Shown here: one piece after another, positions 63,630-64,000 of the stretch | Layout: the number at the start of each line of letters is the position of its first letter | Position numbering within the stretch: position 1 is the stretch's first letter | Origin: an uncultured delta proteobacterium | GTDB taxonomy: Bacteria > Myxococcota > Myxococcia > Myxococcales > Myxococcaceae | Direction: 5' to 3' | DNA: 64,000 bases | Assembly (NCBI GenBank): GCA_963776345.1 | Contig: CAVZMH010000016.1 | Span: 288,001 to 352,000, forward strand | Program-made: the position numbers and the translations under genes | The notes under the pieces: generated by a model | What the model saw: the letters and a program-made list of their open reading frames with translations, nothing else | Told to the model about the DNA's origin: nothing | Database searches by the model: none

Positions 63630-64000
63630 ATGCGAATCGCTTCACGGCTTCTCGCCCTCGCCCTCCCCTGTCTGCTGCCGCTCAGCGCGGCGGCGGAGAT
63701 GACCGACAACGTCATCAAGATCGGCGTCCTCAACGACATGTCCGGCCTCTACGCCGACCTCGGCGGTCAGGGCTCGGTCGAGGCGGCGAAGATGGCCGCC
63801 GAGGAGTTCGGCGGGAAGATCGGCAACGCGAAGATCGAGATCGTCTTCGCCGACCATCAGAACAAGCCGGACGTCGGCTCGGGCATCGCCACCAAGTGGT
63901 ACGACGTGGACCACGTGGACGCGATCGTCGACGTGCCGAATTCGGGCGTGGCGCTGGCCATCGCCAAGATCACCGCGGACAAGAACAAGGTGTTCATCGA
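63630..64000 (+). CDS. Liv-type ABC substrate-binding protein (partial, runs off the window)
   Basis: Manual translation: signal peptide then IKIGVLNDMSGLYADLGG...ADHQNKPDVG...IVDVPNSGVALA. Confidence 0.9.
   Translation, partial: MRIASRLLALALPCLLPLSAAAEMTDNVIKIGVLNDMSGLYADLGGQGSVEAAKMAAEEFGGKIGNAKIEIVFADHQNKPDVGSGIATKWYDVDHVDAIVDVPNSGVALAIAKITADKNKVFI

Overview
High-GC bacterial DNA, probably from a Myxococcota (Myxococcales-like) genome; this is inferred from gene content and order. The window has two halves. Positions 1 to ~31,085 form an accessory region ending at the 3' end of an initiator tRNA-Met (31086-31159, minus strand). It carries two decayed, related tyrosine-integrase genes, each followed by the same hairpin and the tRNA 3'-end decamer TTGCGGGGGC, which indicates tandem islands at one att site. 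Its cargo includes: (i) a molybdopterin oxidoreductase operon with a sigma54-type promoter, no Tat signal and no membrane anchor, whose third subunit fuses a cofactor-less NuoF-like domain to a GltD-like flavoprotein; (ii) a GH63 / gluconolactonase / glucose dehydrogenase / aquaporin cluster; (iii) many ion-channel and membrane-stress genes (GluR0-like, VIT, Na/Pi, cls, HdeD, TMEM175, CorA); (iv) an ADOP-type permease with LysR and RidA; and (v) several 50-90 bp gene shards in the spacers. Positions ~31,200-64,000 look like core genome: an acyl-CoA ligase/Liv-type ABC operon interrupted by a MITE-like element, an S1-domain protein, murJ, a sigma54 regulator, an M23 peptidase, rsmI, yraN, a degenerate YhaN/SMC-like protein, rplS-trmD-rimM-khpA-rpsP, rlmN, an amidase, a PHA cluster (phaZ, phaR, phasin with a duplicated promoter module, CoA-transferase, phaC) and the start of a second Liv-type ABC operon. 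About ten single-base lesions in otherwise intact genes suggest assembly consensus errors. All calls come from reading motifs by eye; no database searches were run.
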